A stretch of 64,000 nucleotides of DNA from an uncultured delta proteobacterium (GCA_963778655.1 CAVZVA010000009.1:384001-448000); one strand, 5' to 3'. Numbered from the stretch's first letter, positions 29,147 through 39,626 are shown. Numbers and translations: made by a program. The notes: a model not told the origin generated them from the letters alone.

Positions 29147-29725
29147 TCACTGCACGACGATCACGCCGTTCATCAGGCCGACGTGGCCGGGGAACGTGCA
29201 CAGGTACGGATAGGTGCCGGCGGTCAGATCGAGCTCGACGGTGTCGCTCTCGCCCGGGCCGAGCAGCTTGCTGTGGGTGATCATCTCGCTGGCGTCGGCC
29301 GGGATGTAGTCGGTCGCCTTGGCGGTCATCGCCTTGGCCGCGAATGCCGTCACGTCGTTGCCGGGCTTGAGCACCACGAAGTCGTGCCCCATCACGTCCT
29401 TGGTCAGCGTGCCGACGTTCTTGAGCTCGACCTTGAACTTGCCTGCCTTGACCTCGATGCGGGTGGCGCTGTAGCGCATCTGGTCGTTCGCGGTCAGATG
29501 GACGACGCCCTGAGCATCGGGCGTCGCGGTCACTACCGGCGCAGGCGCGGCGGGTTGGGCCGCCGGTGCGGGCTGCGCCGGCGGGGTGGGAGCCTTGGTC
29601 TCGGCGGCCGGTGCGGCCGCTGGCGTTGGCTCGGGCGCCTTCTGCCCGCCTCCGCAGCCCAGCGCGAACGGCGCGCAGGTGCTGAAAACCAGGGCCAGAC
29701 GGGTGGTGAGGTCACGAAATTGCAT
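29147..29725 (-). CDS. azu: Lipid-anchored azurin (type-1 blue copper protein)
   Basis: ANDQMRY, MGHDFVV, HSKLLGPGES, CTFPGHVGLM; lipobox ALGC plus Pro/Ala linker. Confidence 0.9.
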   Translation of the reverse strand: MQFRDLTTRLALVFSTCAPFALGCGGGQKAPEPTPAAAPAAETKAPTPPAQPAPAAQPAAPAPVVTATPDAQGVVHLTANDQMRYSATRIEVKAGKFKVELKNVGTLTKDVMGHDFVVLKPGNDVTAFAAKAMTAKATDYIPADASEMITHSKLLGPGESDTVELDLTAGTYPYLCTFPGHVGLMNGVIVVQ

Positions 29726-29818
29726 GCTGTGTTCTCCTCGTTGATCGAACCGCGCGCGCCCTCAGCCCCGCCATGGACGCACGCGCGCGTTCTATAACCA
29801 GTGCGGCGGCTTCGCAAC

Positions 29819-30802
29819 TCAGGGCCGCACCCGCGCGCGCAGCGCGTCGAGCACGGCTGCGAAGTCCGACGGCGGCTGCCGCTCGAAGCGCACGGACTGC
29901 GCGCTGCCGGGGTGCTCGAATCCGAGCACCGCTGCGTGCAGCATCAAGCGCGGCGCAGCGATGCGCTCGCCGGCGTAGTCGCGCACGTACACCCTCTCGC
30001 CCAGCAACGGATGCCCGCGCTCGCTGAGGTGAATGCGGATCTGGTGCTGGCGTCCGGTGTGCAGCCGGCATTCGACCAGGGTCGCTGCACCGAGCCGCTC
30101 GAGCGGGCGCACGTGTGTGAGCGCGCGCTGCGCGCCGGCCGGCGTCACGCCGCGCGGTGCGCGAAAGTGCCCGAACGAGCCGCGCAGCCCGTCGCCGCGG
30201 TCGCGTACCAGCTGCGTTTCGATCGCGGCCGGCGTGCTCAGCGCGCCGTGTACCAGGGCCAGATAGCGGCGCTCGATGCTATGGGCACGCAGCTGTTGCT
30301 GCAGCGCGCGTTTGACCGCAAGCGTACGTGCGAACACCAGCAGGCCGGTGGTGTCCTTGTCCAGGCGCTGGACCACGCCGAGCTCGCCGCTGCGGTCGCC
30401 GGCGTTGCGGCGCAGCCAGAAGCGCACGCGGTCGGCCAGGGTATCCTTGTCGCCCGGCTCGAAGGCCACGCTGAGCACGCCCGCCGGCTTGTCCACGACC
30501 ACGAGCTGGCGATCGACGTGGACCACGGCGGCGTCGTCGAGCGTGTGCGGGCGCAGGCGCGGGGCGTGCGGCGCGAGCACCACCCGATCGCCGGCGCGCA
30601 GGCGGCGCGAGCCGTCGGTCTCGGGCGTGCCATTGACCCGCACCTTGCCGTGCCGGCACAGGGCTCGGGCCTGATTCCAGGGCAGTCCGTCCAGCGCGCT
30701 GCGCAGCGCGGCGGCCAGAGTTTGGCCCGCCTGGGCTGCTCCGATGTCCAGCACGCGGGAAGTCGCGTCGCGGGAGGACGGGCGGGGCCGTTCCGCAGCC
30801 AT
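29819..30802 (-). CDS. RluA/RluD family pseudouridine synthase with S4 domain
   Basis: VDKPAG, VQRLDKDTTGL, LHTGRQHQIRIH, LMLHAAVLGF. Confidence 0.9.
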   Translation of the reverse strand: MAAERPRPSSRDATSRVLDIGAAQAGQTLAAALRSALDGLPWNQARALCRHGKVRVNGTPETDGSRRLRAGDRVVLAPHAPRLRPHTLDDAAVVHVDRQLVVVDKPAGVLSVAFEPGDKDTLADRVRFWLRRNAGDRSGELGVVQRLDKDTTGLLVFARTLAVKRALQQQLRAHSIERRYLALVHGALSTPAAIETQLVRDRGDGLRGSFGHFRAPRGVTPAGAQRALTHVRPLERLGAATLVECRLHTGRQHQIRIHLSERGHPLLGERVYVRDYAGERIAAPRLMLHAAVLGFEHPGSAQSVRFERQPPSDFAAVLDALRARVRP

Positions 30803-30855
30803 GGCGCAAGCATGGAGGCCCACTTTGCGCGTGACAAACCCTGCCTGGCATGCAA

Positions 30856-30873
30856 TTGTCAGTCGAATGATAA
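30856..30873. promoter_or_regulatory. Imperfect palindrome TTGTCAGTCGAATGATAA, candidate TetR operator of the efflux operon
   Basis: 7 of 9 base pairs are symmetric; overlaps the start of an operon that ends with a TetR gene. Confidence 0.4.
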
Positions 30874-31850
30874 ATAATCGCTCCAGGCTGCTGTTGGTGG
30901 CGGCGCTCTGCTGGCTCAGCGCGGGCTGTCGAGGCGCGGGCGCGCAGGCCGACCCGTCCACGCCGCTGCAGGGGGTGGTCGAGTACGACGATCGCGTGAT
31001 CGGCTTCGAGCTCGGGGGTCGCGTGCTGGCGGTGGCGGTGGAGCGCGGCCAGGAAGTGGGCGCGAACGTGGAGCTGGTGCGCCTGGACGATGGCCTCGAG
31101 CGGCCGCAGCGCGATCTGCGGGTGGCCGACCTCGACGCCGCGCAGGCGCAGCTCAAGCTGCTGCGGGCCGGCGCGCGCAGCGAGGATCTGCGCGCCAGCG
31201 AGGCGGAGATCTCGGCGCTGCAGGCTCAGCAGCAGAATCTCGAGAAGAGCCTGAGCCGCCAGACCACGTTGCAGGCGCAGGGCGCGGCGCCGCAGGCGAC
31301 CATCGACAACCTTTCGAGCGAGCTCAGCGCCGTAGTCGATCGTCGCCGCGCGCTGGAGCAGCGGCTCAAAGCGCTGCGCGCCGGTCCGCGCAGCCAGGAG
31401 ATCGCGGCCGCGCAGGCGCAGGTCGAGGCGGCCGAGGCCGCGCTGGCGGCGGTCGACGCGCGCCTCGCGCGCTTCGAGCTGCGCAGCCCGATCGCGGGCA
31501 CGGTGCTCGACGTGCACGTCAAGACCGGCGAGGTCGTCGCGCCGGGCGCGCCCGCGATCACCCTGGCCGACCTCGCGCACCCCTTCGCCGACGTGTTCGT
31601 GCCCGAGGGCAAGCTGCGGGGCGTGGTCATCGGGGCGGTCGCGTCGGTGCGCGTGGACGGCGCGGCGAGCCCGCTCTCGGGCCACGTCGAGTACGTGTTT
31701 CCGCGCACCGAGTTCACGCCGCGCTTTCTGTTCAGCGAGAGCGAGCGGCCGAACCTGGTGATCCGCGCGCGCGTGCGGGTCGCCGACCCCAAGCACCTGC
31801 TGCACGCCGGCGTGCCGGCGTTCGTGACGCTGCAGGCGGGGAGCAAGTAG
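30867..31850 (+). CDS. HlyD-family periplasmic adaptor (YbhG-like)
   Basis: LRAGARSEDL, LRSPIAGTV, EFTPR. Confidence 0.88.
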   Translation: MINNRSRLLLVAALCWLSAGCRGAGAQADPSTPLQGVVEYDDRVIGFELGGRVLAVAVERGQEVGANVELVRLDDGLERPQRDLRVADLDAAQAQLKLLRAGARSEDLRASEAEISALQAQQQNLEKSLSRQTTLQAQGAAPQATIDNLSSELSAVVDRRRALEQRLKALRAGPRSQEIAAAQAQVEAAEAALAAVDARLARFELRSPIAGTVLDVHVKTGEVVAPGAPAITLADLAHPFADVFVPEGKLRGVVIGAVASVRVDGAASPLSGHVEYVFPRTEFTPRFLFSESERPNLVIRARVRVADPKHLLHAGVPAFVTLQAGSK

Positions 31851-31852
31851 CG

Positions 31853-32866
31853 ATGGCCTCGCCCCAGCTGCCTGCGAACGCGAGCGAGCCTTTGCCCGGC
31901 GCTGCGGGCGGGCGCGAGGTCGTGGTGCAGACCGAGCACCTGGCGCGCCGCTTCGGCGATCTGATCGCGGTGCGCGACGTCTCTTTCAAGGTCTACCGCG
32001 GCGAGATCTTCGGGGTGCTGGGTCCCAACGGCGCCGGCAAGTCGACCACCATACGCATGCTCTGCGGCATTCTCGATCCAAGCGGCGGGCGCGGGACCGT
32101 GGTCGGCCACGACATCGCGCGCGAGGCCGAGCGCATCAAGCAGCGCATCGGCTACATGACGCAGCGTTTCAGCTTGTACGAGGACCTCACGGTCGAGGAG
32201 AACTTGAAGTTCTACGGCGGCATCTACGGGCTGCCGCGTGCCGCGAAGAGATCGCGCATCGAGGTCGTGCTCGAGCAGAGTGGGTTGCTCCTGCGGCGCA
32301 GGCAGCTGGCCGGAACGCTCTCCGGAGGCTGGAAGCAGCGCGTCGCGCTGGCCTGCGCGACCATCCACGAGCCGCCGCTGCTGTTCTTGGACGAGCCGAC
32401 CGCCGGGGTCGACCCGGTGAGCAGGCGCGAGTTCTGGGACCGCATCCACACCATCGCCAGCGAGGGCACCACCGTGCTCGTCACCACCCACTACATGGAC
32501 GAGGCCGAGCGCTGCCACCGGCTGGCCTTCATCTTTCGCGGCGAGCTGCTGGCGATCGGCACGCCCGACCAGGTGGTCGCAGCGCGCGGGCTGCGCGTGG
32601 TCGAGCTCGAGGTCGAGCGCGAGCAGGAAACGGCCGTGGTGCTGCGCGGGCTCCCGGGGGTGGACGGCGTCAGCCACTACGGCGGGCGCCTGCGGGTCGC
32701 CTTGCGCGGCGTGGCCGACCCGCAGGCCGCGGTGCGCGAGGCGCTCGGCGCGCGCGGGCTGGCGATCAAGAGCAGCAGCGAGGGGCGCCCCTCGGTCGAG
32801 GACGCGTTCGTGTCGATGGTGCGCGAGGAGGATGCGCAACCCAGCGCGGGCACGGTGGCGGCGTGA
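31853..32866 (+). CDS. ABC transporter ATP-binding protein (YbhF-like)
   Basis: GPNGAGKST, LSGGWKQR, LDEPTAGVDPVSRREFW. Confidence 0.95.
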   Translation: MASPQLPANASEPLPGAAGGREVVVQTEHLARRFGDLIAVRDVSFKVYRGEIFGVLGPNGAGKSTTIRMLCGILDPSGGRGTVVGHDIAREAERIKQRIGYMTQRFSLYEDLTVEENLKFYGGIYGLPRAAKRSRIEVVLEQSGLLLRRRQLAGTLSGGWKQRVALACATIHEPPLLFLDEPTAGVDPVSRREFWDRIHTIASEGTTVLVTTHYMDEAERCHRLAFIFRGELLAIGTPDQVVAARGLRVVELEVEREQETAVVLRGLPGVDGVSHYGGRLRVALRGVADPQAAVREALGARGLAIKSSSEGRPSVEDAFVSMVREEDAQPSAGTVAA

Positions 32867-33987
32867 GGCGCTTTCTGGCGGTGGCGTGGAAGGAGCTGCT
32901 GCAGCTGCGGCGGGACCGCATGACCCTGGGCATGATGGTGGGCCTGCCGGTGATGCAGCTGCTGCTGTTCGGCTACGCCATCAACACCGACGTCCGGCAC
33001 ATCGAGACCGTGGTCTACGACCAGGACCAGAGCGCCGAGTCGCGCGACCTGCTGCGCAGGATGGAGGCCACCGGCTTCTACGATTTCGCGGGCGCGGTGC
33101 GCGACTACGCGGAGATCTCGCGCGCGCTGCGTTCGGGCCGGGCGCACGTGGCGCTGGTCGTGCCCACGCGCTTCGGCGAACGGCTGCGCGCCGGGCGCAG
33201 CGTCGAGGCGCAGCTGGTGGTCGACGGCTCGGACCCGCAGACCGTGGCCAGCGCGACCAATACCGCGGTGTCGCTGGTGACGGCGCGCTCGGTCGAGCTG
33301 CTGGCCGAACGGCTGGCGCGCGCCGGACAGCGCATTCCGCTGCAGCCGCTCTCGCTCGAGCCCACCACCTGGTACAACCCCGAGCTGAAGACCGCGATCT
33401 ACGTGGTGCCCGGCCTGGTCGGCGTGATCCTCACCATGACCATGGTCATGCTCACCTCGATGGCGATCGCGCGTGAGCGCGAGCGCGGCACGCTCGAGCA
33501 GCTGATCGTGTCGCCGGTCCGCCGGATCGAGCTGGTGATGGGCAAGATCGTGCCCTACACCGTCATCGGCTACGTGCAGATCACGCTGGTGTTGCTGATT
33601 GGACGCATCGTGTTCCAGGTGCCGATCGGCGGCTCGCTCGTGCTGCTCTACGCGCTGTCATCGGTGTTCATCGCCGCCAGCCTGGCGATCGGCCTGTTCT
33701 TTTCGACCATCGCCCAAACGCAGCAACAGGCGATGCAGATGTCGTTCTTCTTTCTGCTGCCGAACATCTTGCTCAGCGGCTTCATGTTTCCCTTCGAGGG
33801 TATGCCGGTGCCGGCGCAGTGGCTGTCGCAGGCGCTGCCGCTGACGCATTTCCTGCGCATCGTGCGCAGGATCACGCTCAAGGGCGCGGGCTTCCCCGAC
33901 GTGCGGCTGGAGCTGCTGTGGCTCTCCGGCATCCTGTGCGTGCTGGTGGTGCTGGCCTCGGCGCGCTTCAGCAAGAAGCTCGGGTGA
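32863..33987 (+). CDS. ABC-2 permease (YbhR/YbhS-like)
   Basis: KELLQLRRD, LFGYAINTD, RERERGTLEQL, LLSGFMFP. Confidence 0.93.
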   Translation: MRRFLAVAWKELLQLRRDRMTLGMMVGLPVMQLLLFGYAINTDVRHIETVVYDQDQSAESRDLLRRMEATGFYDFAGAVRDYAEISRALRSGRAHVALVVPTRFGERLRAGRSVEAQLVVDGSDPQTVASATNTAVSLVTARSVELLAERLARAGQRIPLQPLSLEPTTWYNPELKTAIYVVPGLVGVILTMTMVMLTSMAIARERERGTLEQLIVSPVRRIELVMGKIVPYTVIGYVQITLVLLIGRIVFQVPIGGSLVLLYALSSVFIAASLAIGLFFSTIAQTQQQAMQMSFFFLLPNILLSGFMFPFEGMPVPAQWLSQALPLTHFLRIVRRITLKGAGFPDVRLELLWLSGILCVLVVLASARFSKKLG

Positions 33988-33991
33988 AGCG

Positions 33992-34627
33992 ATGGCGCGT
34001 CCTGCCAGCGACATCCGCCTGCGCGTGCTCGAAGCCGCCCGCCGCCGCTTTCTCTCGCAGGGCGTCGACGGGGCCACCCTGCGCAGCATCGCGCGCGACG
34101 CCGGCACCAACATCGGCATGGTGTACTACTACTTCAACAGCAAGGAGGAGCTGTTCTCGGCGGTGGTCGAGGAGGTGTACGCCGGGCTGCTGGCCGACTT
34201 CGCCGCTGCGCTCGGCGCGCAGCTTCCGCCCGAGCAGCGCGTGGGCAAGCTGTTCGAGCGTCTGGCGCGGCTGGACGAGCACGAGTTCGACGTGGTGCGC
34301 CTGGTGCTGCGCGAGGCGCTGGTGTCCTCGCAGCGGCTGCAGCGCGTTGCCGCACGGGTCGAGCAGGGCCACGTGCCGATCGTGATGCAGACGCTGGCCG
34401 AGGGCGTGGCCAGCGGGCGCTTCGACGCCCAGCTGCCGCCGGTGGTGTTGGCGGCGGCGGTGTTCTCGCTGGCGGCGTTGCCGCAGATCCTGCACCGCCT
34501 GGTCACCGCGGCCGAGCTGCCGGTCGCGGCCATGCTGCCGAGCCGCGAACAGGCCGCGCAGGCGTTGCACCAGGTGCTGTTGTTCGGCATCGCGGGCGCG
34601 GCCCTGCGCGGCGAGAAGTCGGGCTGA
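33992..34627 (+). CDS. TetR/AcrR family regulator
   Basis: GATLRSIARDAGTNIGMVYYYFNSKEELF. Confidence 0.9.
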   Translation: MARPASDIRLRVLEAARRRFLSQGVDGATLRSIARDAGTNIGMVYYYFNSKEELFSAVVEEVYAGLLADFAAALGAQLPPEQRVGKLFERLARLDEHEFDVVRLVLREALVSSQRLQRVAARVEQGHVPIVMQTLAEGVASGRFDAQLPPVVLAAAVFSLAALPQILHRLVTAAELPVAAMLPSREQAAQALHQVLLFGIAGAALRGEKSG

Positions 34628-34671
34628 GCGGCGCGCGCGACCGGCGGGTCGCGAGCGTGTACCATGCCGGC

Positions 34672-35487
34672 ATGAGTTACCTCGCCCTGACACGGAGCGG
34701 GCACGTCGCCACGTGCGTGCTCTCGAACCCGCCGAGCCACACCCTGACCGCGGCGGGCGTGGCCGAGCTCGCCACGCTGCTCGACACGCTGGAGCAGGAT
34801 CGCAGCCTGCGCGTGCTGGTGCTCACCGGCGGCGGCGAAGGGGTGTTCGTCCGCCATTACGAGGTGGGCGAGCTGGCGGACGCCGCCGAGCGACAGAGCA
34901 CGCAAGCGCCGGCTTCGGCCCCTGCCGAGCCCGCGGCCGAGCTGCGCTTGCACCCCTTGCACCGGGTGTTGCTGCGCCTCGAGCGCTTGCCCGCGATTAC
35001 GATCGCCGCGCTCAACGGCAGCGCGGCAGGCGGCGGCTGCGAGCTGGCGCTGGCCTGCGACTTTCGCCTGATGGCGGAGGGGAGCTATCACTTCGGCCTG
35101 CCCGAGACCTGGGTCGGCATCATCCCGGGCGCCGGCGGCACGCAGCGCATGACCCGCCTGCTGGGCAGCGCGCGCACGCTCGATCTGATCCTGCACGGCA
35201 GCTTGCTGCCGCCGCAGCAGGCCCTCGCGCTCGGGTTGGTGCACCGCGTGCTCGCGGTCGAGGGCTTCGCCGGTGAGGTGCAGCGCTTCGCGGACAATCT
35301 GGCCGGGCGCGCGCCGCTGGCGCTGGCAGCGGCCAAGCAGGCGATCCGAGAGGGCGCGTCGCTTCCGCTGGAGCAGGCGCTGGCGCTGGAGCAGCGCTGC
35401 TTCGAGCGCGTGATGGCGTCCAAGGACGCTGCGGGCGCGATGCGCGCGATGCTCAAGGGCGCGCGCTATGAGTGGAAGGGGGAATAG
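34672..35487 (+). CDS. Enoyl-CoA hydratase/isomerase family protein
   Basis: AALNGSAAGGGCELALACDFR, FGLPE, PGAGGTQR. Confidence 0.92.
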   Translation: MSYLALTRSGHVATCVLSNPPSHTLTAAGVAELATLLDTLEQDRSLRVLVLTGGGEGVFVRHYEVGELADAAERQSTQAPASAPAEPAAELRLHPLHRVLLRLERLPAITIAALNGSAAGGGCELALACDFRLMAEGSYHFGLPETWVGIIPGAGGTQRMTRLLGSARTLDLILHGSLLPPQQALALGLVHRVLAVEGFAGEVQRFADNLAGRAPLALAAAKQAIREGASLPLEQALALEQRCFERVMASKDAAGAMRAMLKGARYEWKGE

Positions 35488-35600
35488 TGCCGCGTCGCCC
35501 GGCAGGGCGCGGTCGACCGCATCCCAGGAAGGCGGGAAGAAATCGGTTTGCGCGCACGGCAGGTTGCACGCGCTGTGCGGGGGCGGTATGTGCGGCGCGC

Positions 35601-36215
35601 ATGGGTGCTCGGGTCTGGCTGGCGTGCGCGGTCCTGGCTCTGACGGCAGGCGCTTGCAGCGCTCACGGCGCGGTCCAGGCCGCGGGCACCGGCGGCGGGG
35701 CTACGGCTTCGGGTGCTTCATGCGCGGGCGAGAGCGACTGCGACGGCGGAGCGGGAGGCGACGCGAGCAGCGAGATCTGCACCGCGAGCGGGGATTGCGA
35801 GCAGGCGATTCCGGTGCGCAGCGCCAACCACGTCAACGGCGCGATCGCGTATCCCGATCCGCCGCCGGCCGGTGGCGACCACAACCCGTGCTGGGGCGCG
35901 TGGGGCGTGCACGACCAGCCGCTGGGCGCCGAGCATTGGGTACACAACCTGGAGCACGGCGGCGTGGTGTTCCTGTATCACTGCGAAGGCGGCTGCGACG
36001 CGGAGGTGCAGCAGCTCGACACCTTCGTCAGCGCGCACCGGCTGACCGTGCTCACCGAGTACGCGGCGCTGCCGGCGCGCTTCGGCGTGGTCGCATGGGG
36101 CTATCGACTGCTGACCGATGCCCTCGATCTGCGCGCCTTCACCGCCTTCTACGAAGCTCACGTGGACCACGCCCCCGAATCGATCGACAGCCCCCCGCCC
36201 GCGGGCTGCCCCTAA
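35601..36215 (+). CDS. DUF3105 domain lipoprotein
   Basis: YPDPPPAGGDH, VHNLEHGGVVFLYHC, VAWG; AGAC lipobox. Confidence 0.8.
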   Translation: MGARVWLACAVLALTAGACSAHGAVQAAGTGGGATASGASCAGESDCDGGAGGDASSEICTASGDCEQAIPVRSANHVNGAIAYPDPPPAGGDHNPCWGAWGVHDQPLGAEHWVHNLEHGGVVFLYHCEGGCDAEVQQLDTFVSAHRLTVLTEYAALPARFGVVAWGYRLLTDALDLRAFTAFYEAHVDHAPESIDSPPPAGCP

Positions 36216-36277
36216 CGGGAAGGCGGCAAGGACAACGCGTATCTGGGCTTCCCGTCTTCGTGTCTTTCCTGTGGATC

Positions 36278-38764
36278 TCAATGCGCGTCCGCCGGCGCCG
36301 CCGCCCGCCCCGGAATGAGCCAGATCGGGTTGCTGAAGGCGAATGGACGCACCCCGGGGCGCGCCACCACCTCGTCCAGCGGCCGCTCGCCGTCGACCGC
36401 GATCACCAGCGGCGCCGGGTGGCTGAGCGAGAGTCGCAGCGTCTGCTGGTAGCGGCGCGCGGGCCCTTCCGAGCTGGGCGCTGCCGAGGCCTCGAGCGGC
36501 GCCTGGTAGACCAGCTGATCGCCGAGATACGCACGCAGAGATGACAACAGCATCCAGGGCGCGGTCTGCACCCGCACTTGCACCTCCGCCTCGACGCCGG
36601 CCAGCGGCACGGTCTCGCCCGGACCACGGCCGTCGACCCGTACGCTCAGGAACGGGCCGCTGGTCACGAATGCGCGCCCTTGTTTGAGCGAGCGCACCAG
36701 CCCGAGTGGGCTGCGCACGCCCGCGAGCGGCGCGCGCACGTAGGTACGGGGATAGCCCGCCGCCTGCGAGCGGATGGTGTGCGAGTCGCTGCTGCCGGTG
36801 GCCACCACGTGGCGGCCGCGCGCCAGCATCGCCAGCCACTCCTGGAAGACGCGATCGACGTTCTTTCGCCGCGCCAGGTCGAAGCCGTTCCACACCTCGA
36901 GCGTGTCGTAGTCGTCGCTGTAGCTGGCGTCGCCGCGGCCTTTGGCGGCATCGTAGTGGGTGAGCTCGAAGTAGCCGATGCCGTTGGGCAGGCGCGGGTG
37001 GTTCACCTGCACGACCAGGTCGGGGCTGACCGCGTGCAGCGCGGCGAACAGGGTCGCCGGCTGCTGGCCGATGAAGTCGGGCGCGCCGTTCTCCGGGCGG
37101 TCGTGATCGATCGGGTAGGGGAAGGCGTTGAAGTGCCCGATGTTGGGCCGCGCGGTGGTGACCTCGACCCCCGGCAGGCTGTACAGCCCCTGCAGCGGTT
37201 GCGCCTGCACCGCCTGGCTGTAGTCGGTGACGTGGTTGTGGTCGGTGGCCACCGCCATCGCGATGCCCTCGGCCACCAGCGAGGCCACGCGATCGGGCAG
37301 CGAGACCTGGCTGTCGTGGCTGGGCGCGGCGTGCACGTGCAGCTCGCAGGGGATCCACGGCCCCGGATCCACCACGTGGTCGAGCTGGGCGTGCACGCGC
37401 ACGGTTGCGCCCACCTCCAGCGCGACCTGCTGGTCGTGCAGCGTCCACTCCGGGCCGTGGGTCACGATCACGCGGTAGAAGCCCGCGGGCAGTGAGATCG
37501 CGGCACGGCCGGTGGACGCGATCACAGTGTCGATCGCGCCGCGCGCGGCCCAGTCGGGACCCAGGTTCGGGCTCGCGCTGCCCTCCCGCGGCAGCACGCG
37601 GATGCGCACCGGGATCGGCTCGGAGGTGGCCGCCTGGACCGCGTCCACGTCGAGCCGCGCGCCCTCGGGAATGCGCAGCGACAGCGGCGCGTACGGCGGG
37701 CCCACGAGCGGCACGCGCGCGCTGGCCTCGCGGCCGTGGGCCAGCGCCAGCGCCACCAGGTGCAGCGAGCGCGCCTCGTCGGGCAGCGGTAGGATGACGC
37801 GCCGTCGATCGTCGGGATTGCCGGTCGAGATCAGGTTGCCCGTCTGCGCATCGAGCAGCCGCACCTCGGCGCCGGGAGGATCGGCGTCGAGCATCACCAC
37901 CGCCTCGGCGAAGGGCCGGCCGCGCGCCCAGCCGAGCCGCCGCACCGCGTCGCCGAGGCCCGCGGTCGAGACGCTCAGCAGGGCCTCCGCATCGAAGCGC
38001 CCGCCGCTGCCCGCGCGCGTGGGCAGCCACAGGTCGGTGAAGCGCAGCACGTCTGCGCGGCCGTGCTCGATCTCCTCGCCGACGACGCGCAGGGCGCCGC
38101 TGCGCGCGCCGATCGCGGCCGCATCGCGTCCCGAGCTGCGTCCGACCCACGGCACGCGCACCCCGCTCGCATGCAGCAGGGGGCCCTGCAGCGGCACCAC
38201 CGGCGTGCCGCCGCCCCAGCGCACGCGCTCGACCACCGCCAGATCCTGAGGTGGTGCACCGGCGGTGACCTGCACGTGGGTGGCGATACGCAGCACGCTG
38301 CCGACGTCGGCCAGTTGCAGCACGCGCTCCACGCGCATGTGCACCCCCGGCGCGCCGGCCTCCCCTTCGATCACGATCGCGGGGCGCTTGGCGGAAAGGC
38401 GTGGCGCTACCCGCTCGACCGCCACGCCGTGAGCCTCGCCGTCCCACGCCAGCAAGGGCAGCAGCGACTCCCACTCGTGCGCGAAGCCCGCCTGGCGCAG
38501 CGCGATCAGCGCGCCCAGCCGGTGCGCGCGGCCGCTGGCCGCGACCTCGACCGCGAGCCGGGCTCCCTGCAGCACGACATCGCCCGGAATCGCGGCGCTC
38601 AGGCGCGGGTCGTGCTTGCGCACTACGAACGCGCGCACCCCGCCTGCCGCCAAGGACGCCGGCCCGGCCGCGCTCGCAGGCCGGCGCTGTGCCGAACCGA
38701 AGCAGCCGAGCAGGATCAGCGCCAGCGCGCCGCATCCCGCTCGCCGTGTGCCTCTGCTCGTCAC
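36278..38764 (-). CDS. CehA/McbA-family PHP metallohydrolase (start uncertain; ORF extends to 38857)
   Basis: ELHVHAAPSHDS, ATDHN, GHFNAFP, VNHPR, GSSDSH, GRAFVTSGP. Confidence 0.85.
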   Translation of the reverse strand: MTSRGTRRAGCGALALILLGCFGSAQRRPASAAGPASLAAGGVRAFVVRKHDPRLSAAIPGDVVLQGARLAVEVAASGRAHRLGALIALRQAGFAHEWESLLPLLAWDGEAHGVAVERVAPRLSAKRPAIVIEGEAGAPGVHMRVERVLQLADVGSVLRIATHVQVTAGAPPQDLAVVERVRWGGGTPVVPLQGPLLHASGVRVPWVGRSSGRDAAAIGARSGALRVVGEEIEHGRADVLRFTDLWLPTRAGSGGRFDAEALLSVSTAGLGDAVRRLGWARGRPFAEAVVMLDADPPGAEVRLLDAQTGNLISTGNPDDRRRVILPLPDEARSLHLVALALAHGREASARVPLVGPPYAPLSLRIPEGARLDVDAVQAATSEPIPVRIRVLPREGSASPNLGPDWAARGAIDTVIASTGRAAISLPAGFYRVIVTHGPEWTLHDQQVALEVGATVRVHAQLDHVVDPGPWIPCELHVHAAPSHDSQVSLPDRVASLVAEGIAMAVATDHNHVTDYSQAVQAQPLQGLYSLPGVEVTTARPNIGHFNAFPYPIDHDRPENGAPDFIGQQPATLFAALHAVSPDLVVQVNHPRLPNGIGYFELTHYDAAKGRGDASYSDDYDTLEVWNGFDLARRKNVDRVFQEWLAMLARGRHVVATGSSDSHTIRSQAAGYPRTYVRAPLAGVRSPLGLVRSLKQGRAFVTSGPFLSVRVDGRGPGETVPLAGVEAEVQVRVQTAPWMLLSSLRAYLGDQLVYQAPLEASAAPSSEGPARRYQQTLRLSLSHPAPLVIAVDGERPLDEVVARPGVRPFAFSNPIWLIPGRAAAPADAH

Positions 38765-38948
38765 GACGCGTGCGACGGCGCGGGCTCGGCGACGGCGACC
38801 ACGGCGCACCGGATGCTGGCTCGTGCTCGCGGTCCCATGACGGGTGCAACACAGCACGGCCCCGGCCCACGAGCAAGCCGGCCGGTGCGGCCTCGCTTGC
38901 GACTCGGGAGGCGGGCCACGTAGGCTTGGCGCTCAGTCGGAGGTCGCC

Positions 38949-39623
38949 ATGCCCGAGATCGGCCTGTACGAAGCGATGCGAACCACCCGTGCTGTGCGAC
39001 GGCTGCGGCCCGATCCGATTCCGGACCCCGTGCTGCGCAGGGTGCTGGAGGCCGCGACCTGGGCGCCGAGCGGCGGCAACCGCCAGCCGTGGCGCCTGCT
39101 GGTGGTGCGCGATCCCGGGCTCAAACAGGAGCTCGGGCGGCGCTATCAGACGGTATGGGCCGGCTACTCGCGCGGTAGCCGCGCGGCGCTGAATGCGGCG
39201 GCCTCGCCGCCGGCGGCCTCGCGCAGCCGCTCGGAGCGTGCGCTCGCCGCGGGTGACTACCTGGCGGCGCACCTGCACGAGGTGCCGGCGATCGCGGTGC
39301 TGTGCTTCGATCCGCGCGGCCTGGCCATCACCGACCGCGAGCTCGAGCGGCCTTCGGTGGTGGGCGGCGGCTCGCTGTATCCCGCGGTGCAGAACCTGCT
39401 GCTCGCGTGCCGTGCCGAAGGGCTCGGCTGCGTGCTCACCACACTGCTATGCGCGCAGGAGCCGGAGCTGCGGCCCCTGTTCGGGTTGCCCGAGCCATGG
39501 GGCCTGGCCGCGTTCGTGCCGATCGGCTATCCGGTCGGCCGCGGCCACGGCCCGCTGGCGCGCCGGCCGGTCGAGGAGATGGTATTCGCCGACCGCTGGG
39601 GCCAGCCGCTGTCGTTGGGCTAG
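38949..39623 (+). CDS. Nitroreductase family protein
   Basis: RAVRRLRPDPIP, WAPSGGNRQPW, QNLLLACRAEGLG. Confidence 0.92.
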   Translation: MPEIGLYEAMRTTRAVRRLRPDPIPDPVLRRVLEAATWAPSGGNRQPWRLLVVRDPGLKQELGRRYQTVWAGYSRGSRAALNAAASPPAASRSRSERALAAGDYLAAHLHEVPAIAVLCFDPRGLAITDRELERPSVVGGGSLYPAVQNLLLACRAEGLGCVLTTLLCAQEPELRPLFGLPEPWGLAAFVPIGYPVGRGHGPLARRPVEEMVFADRWGQPLSLG

Positions 39624-39626
39624 GGC

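Noticed and set aside
35718..39278. 1186-aa ORF and other long Arg/Ala/Pro-rich ORFs (e.g. 12075-14354, 20760-22928, 45379-47517)
   Set aside because: Shadow frames of real genes in high-GC DNA; no motifs
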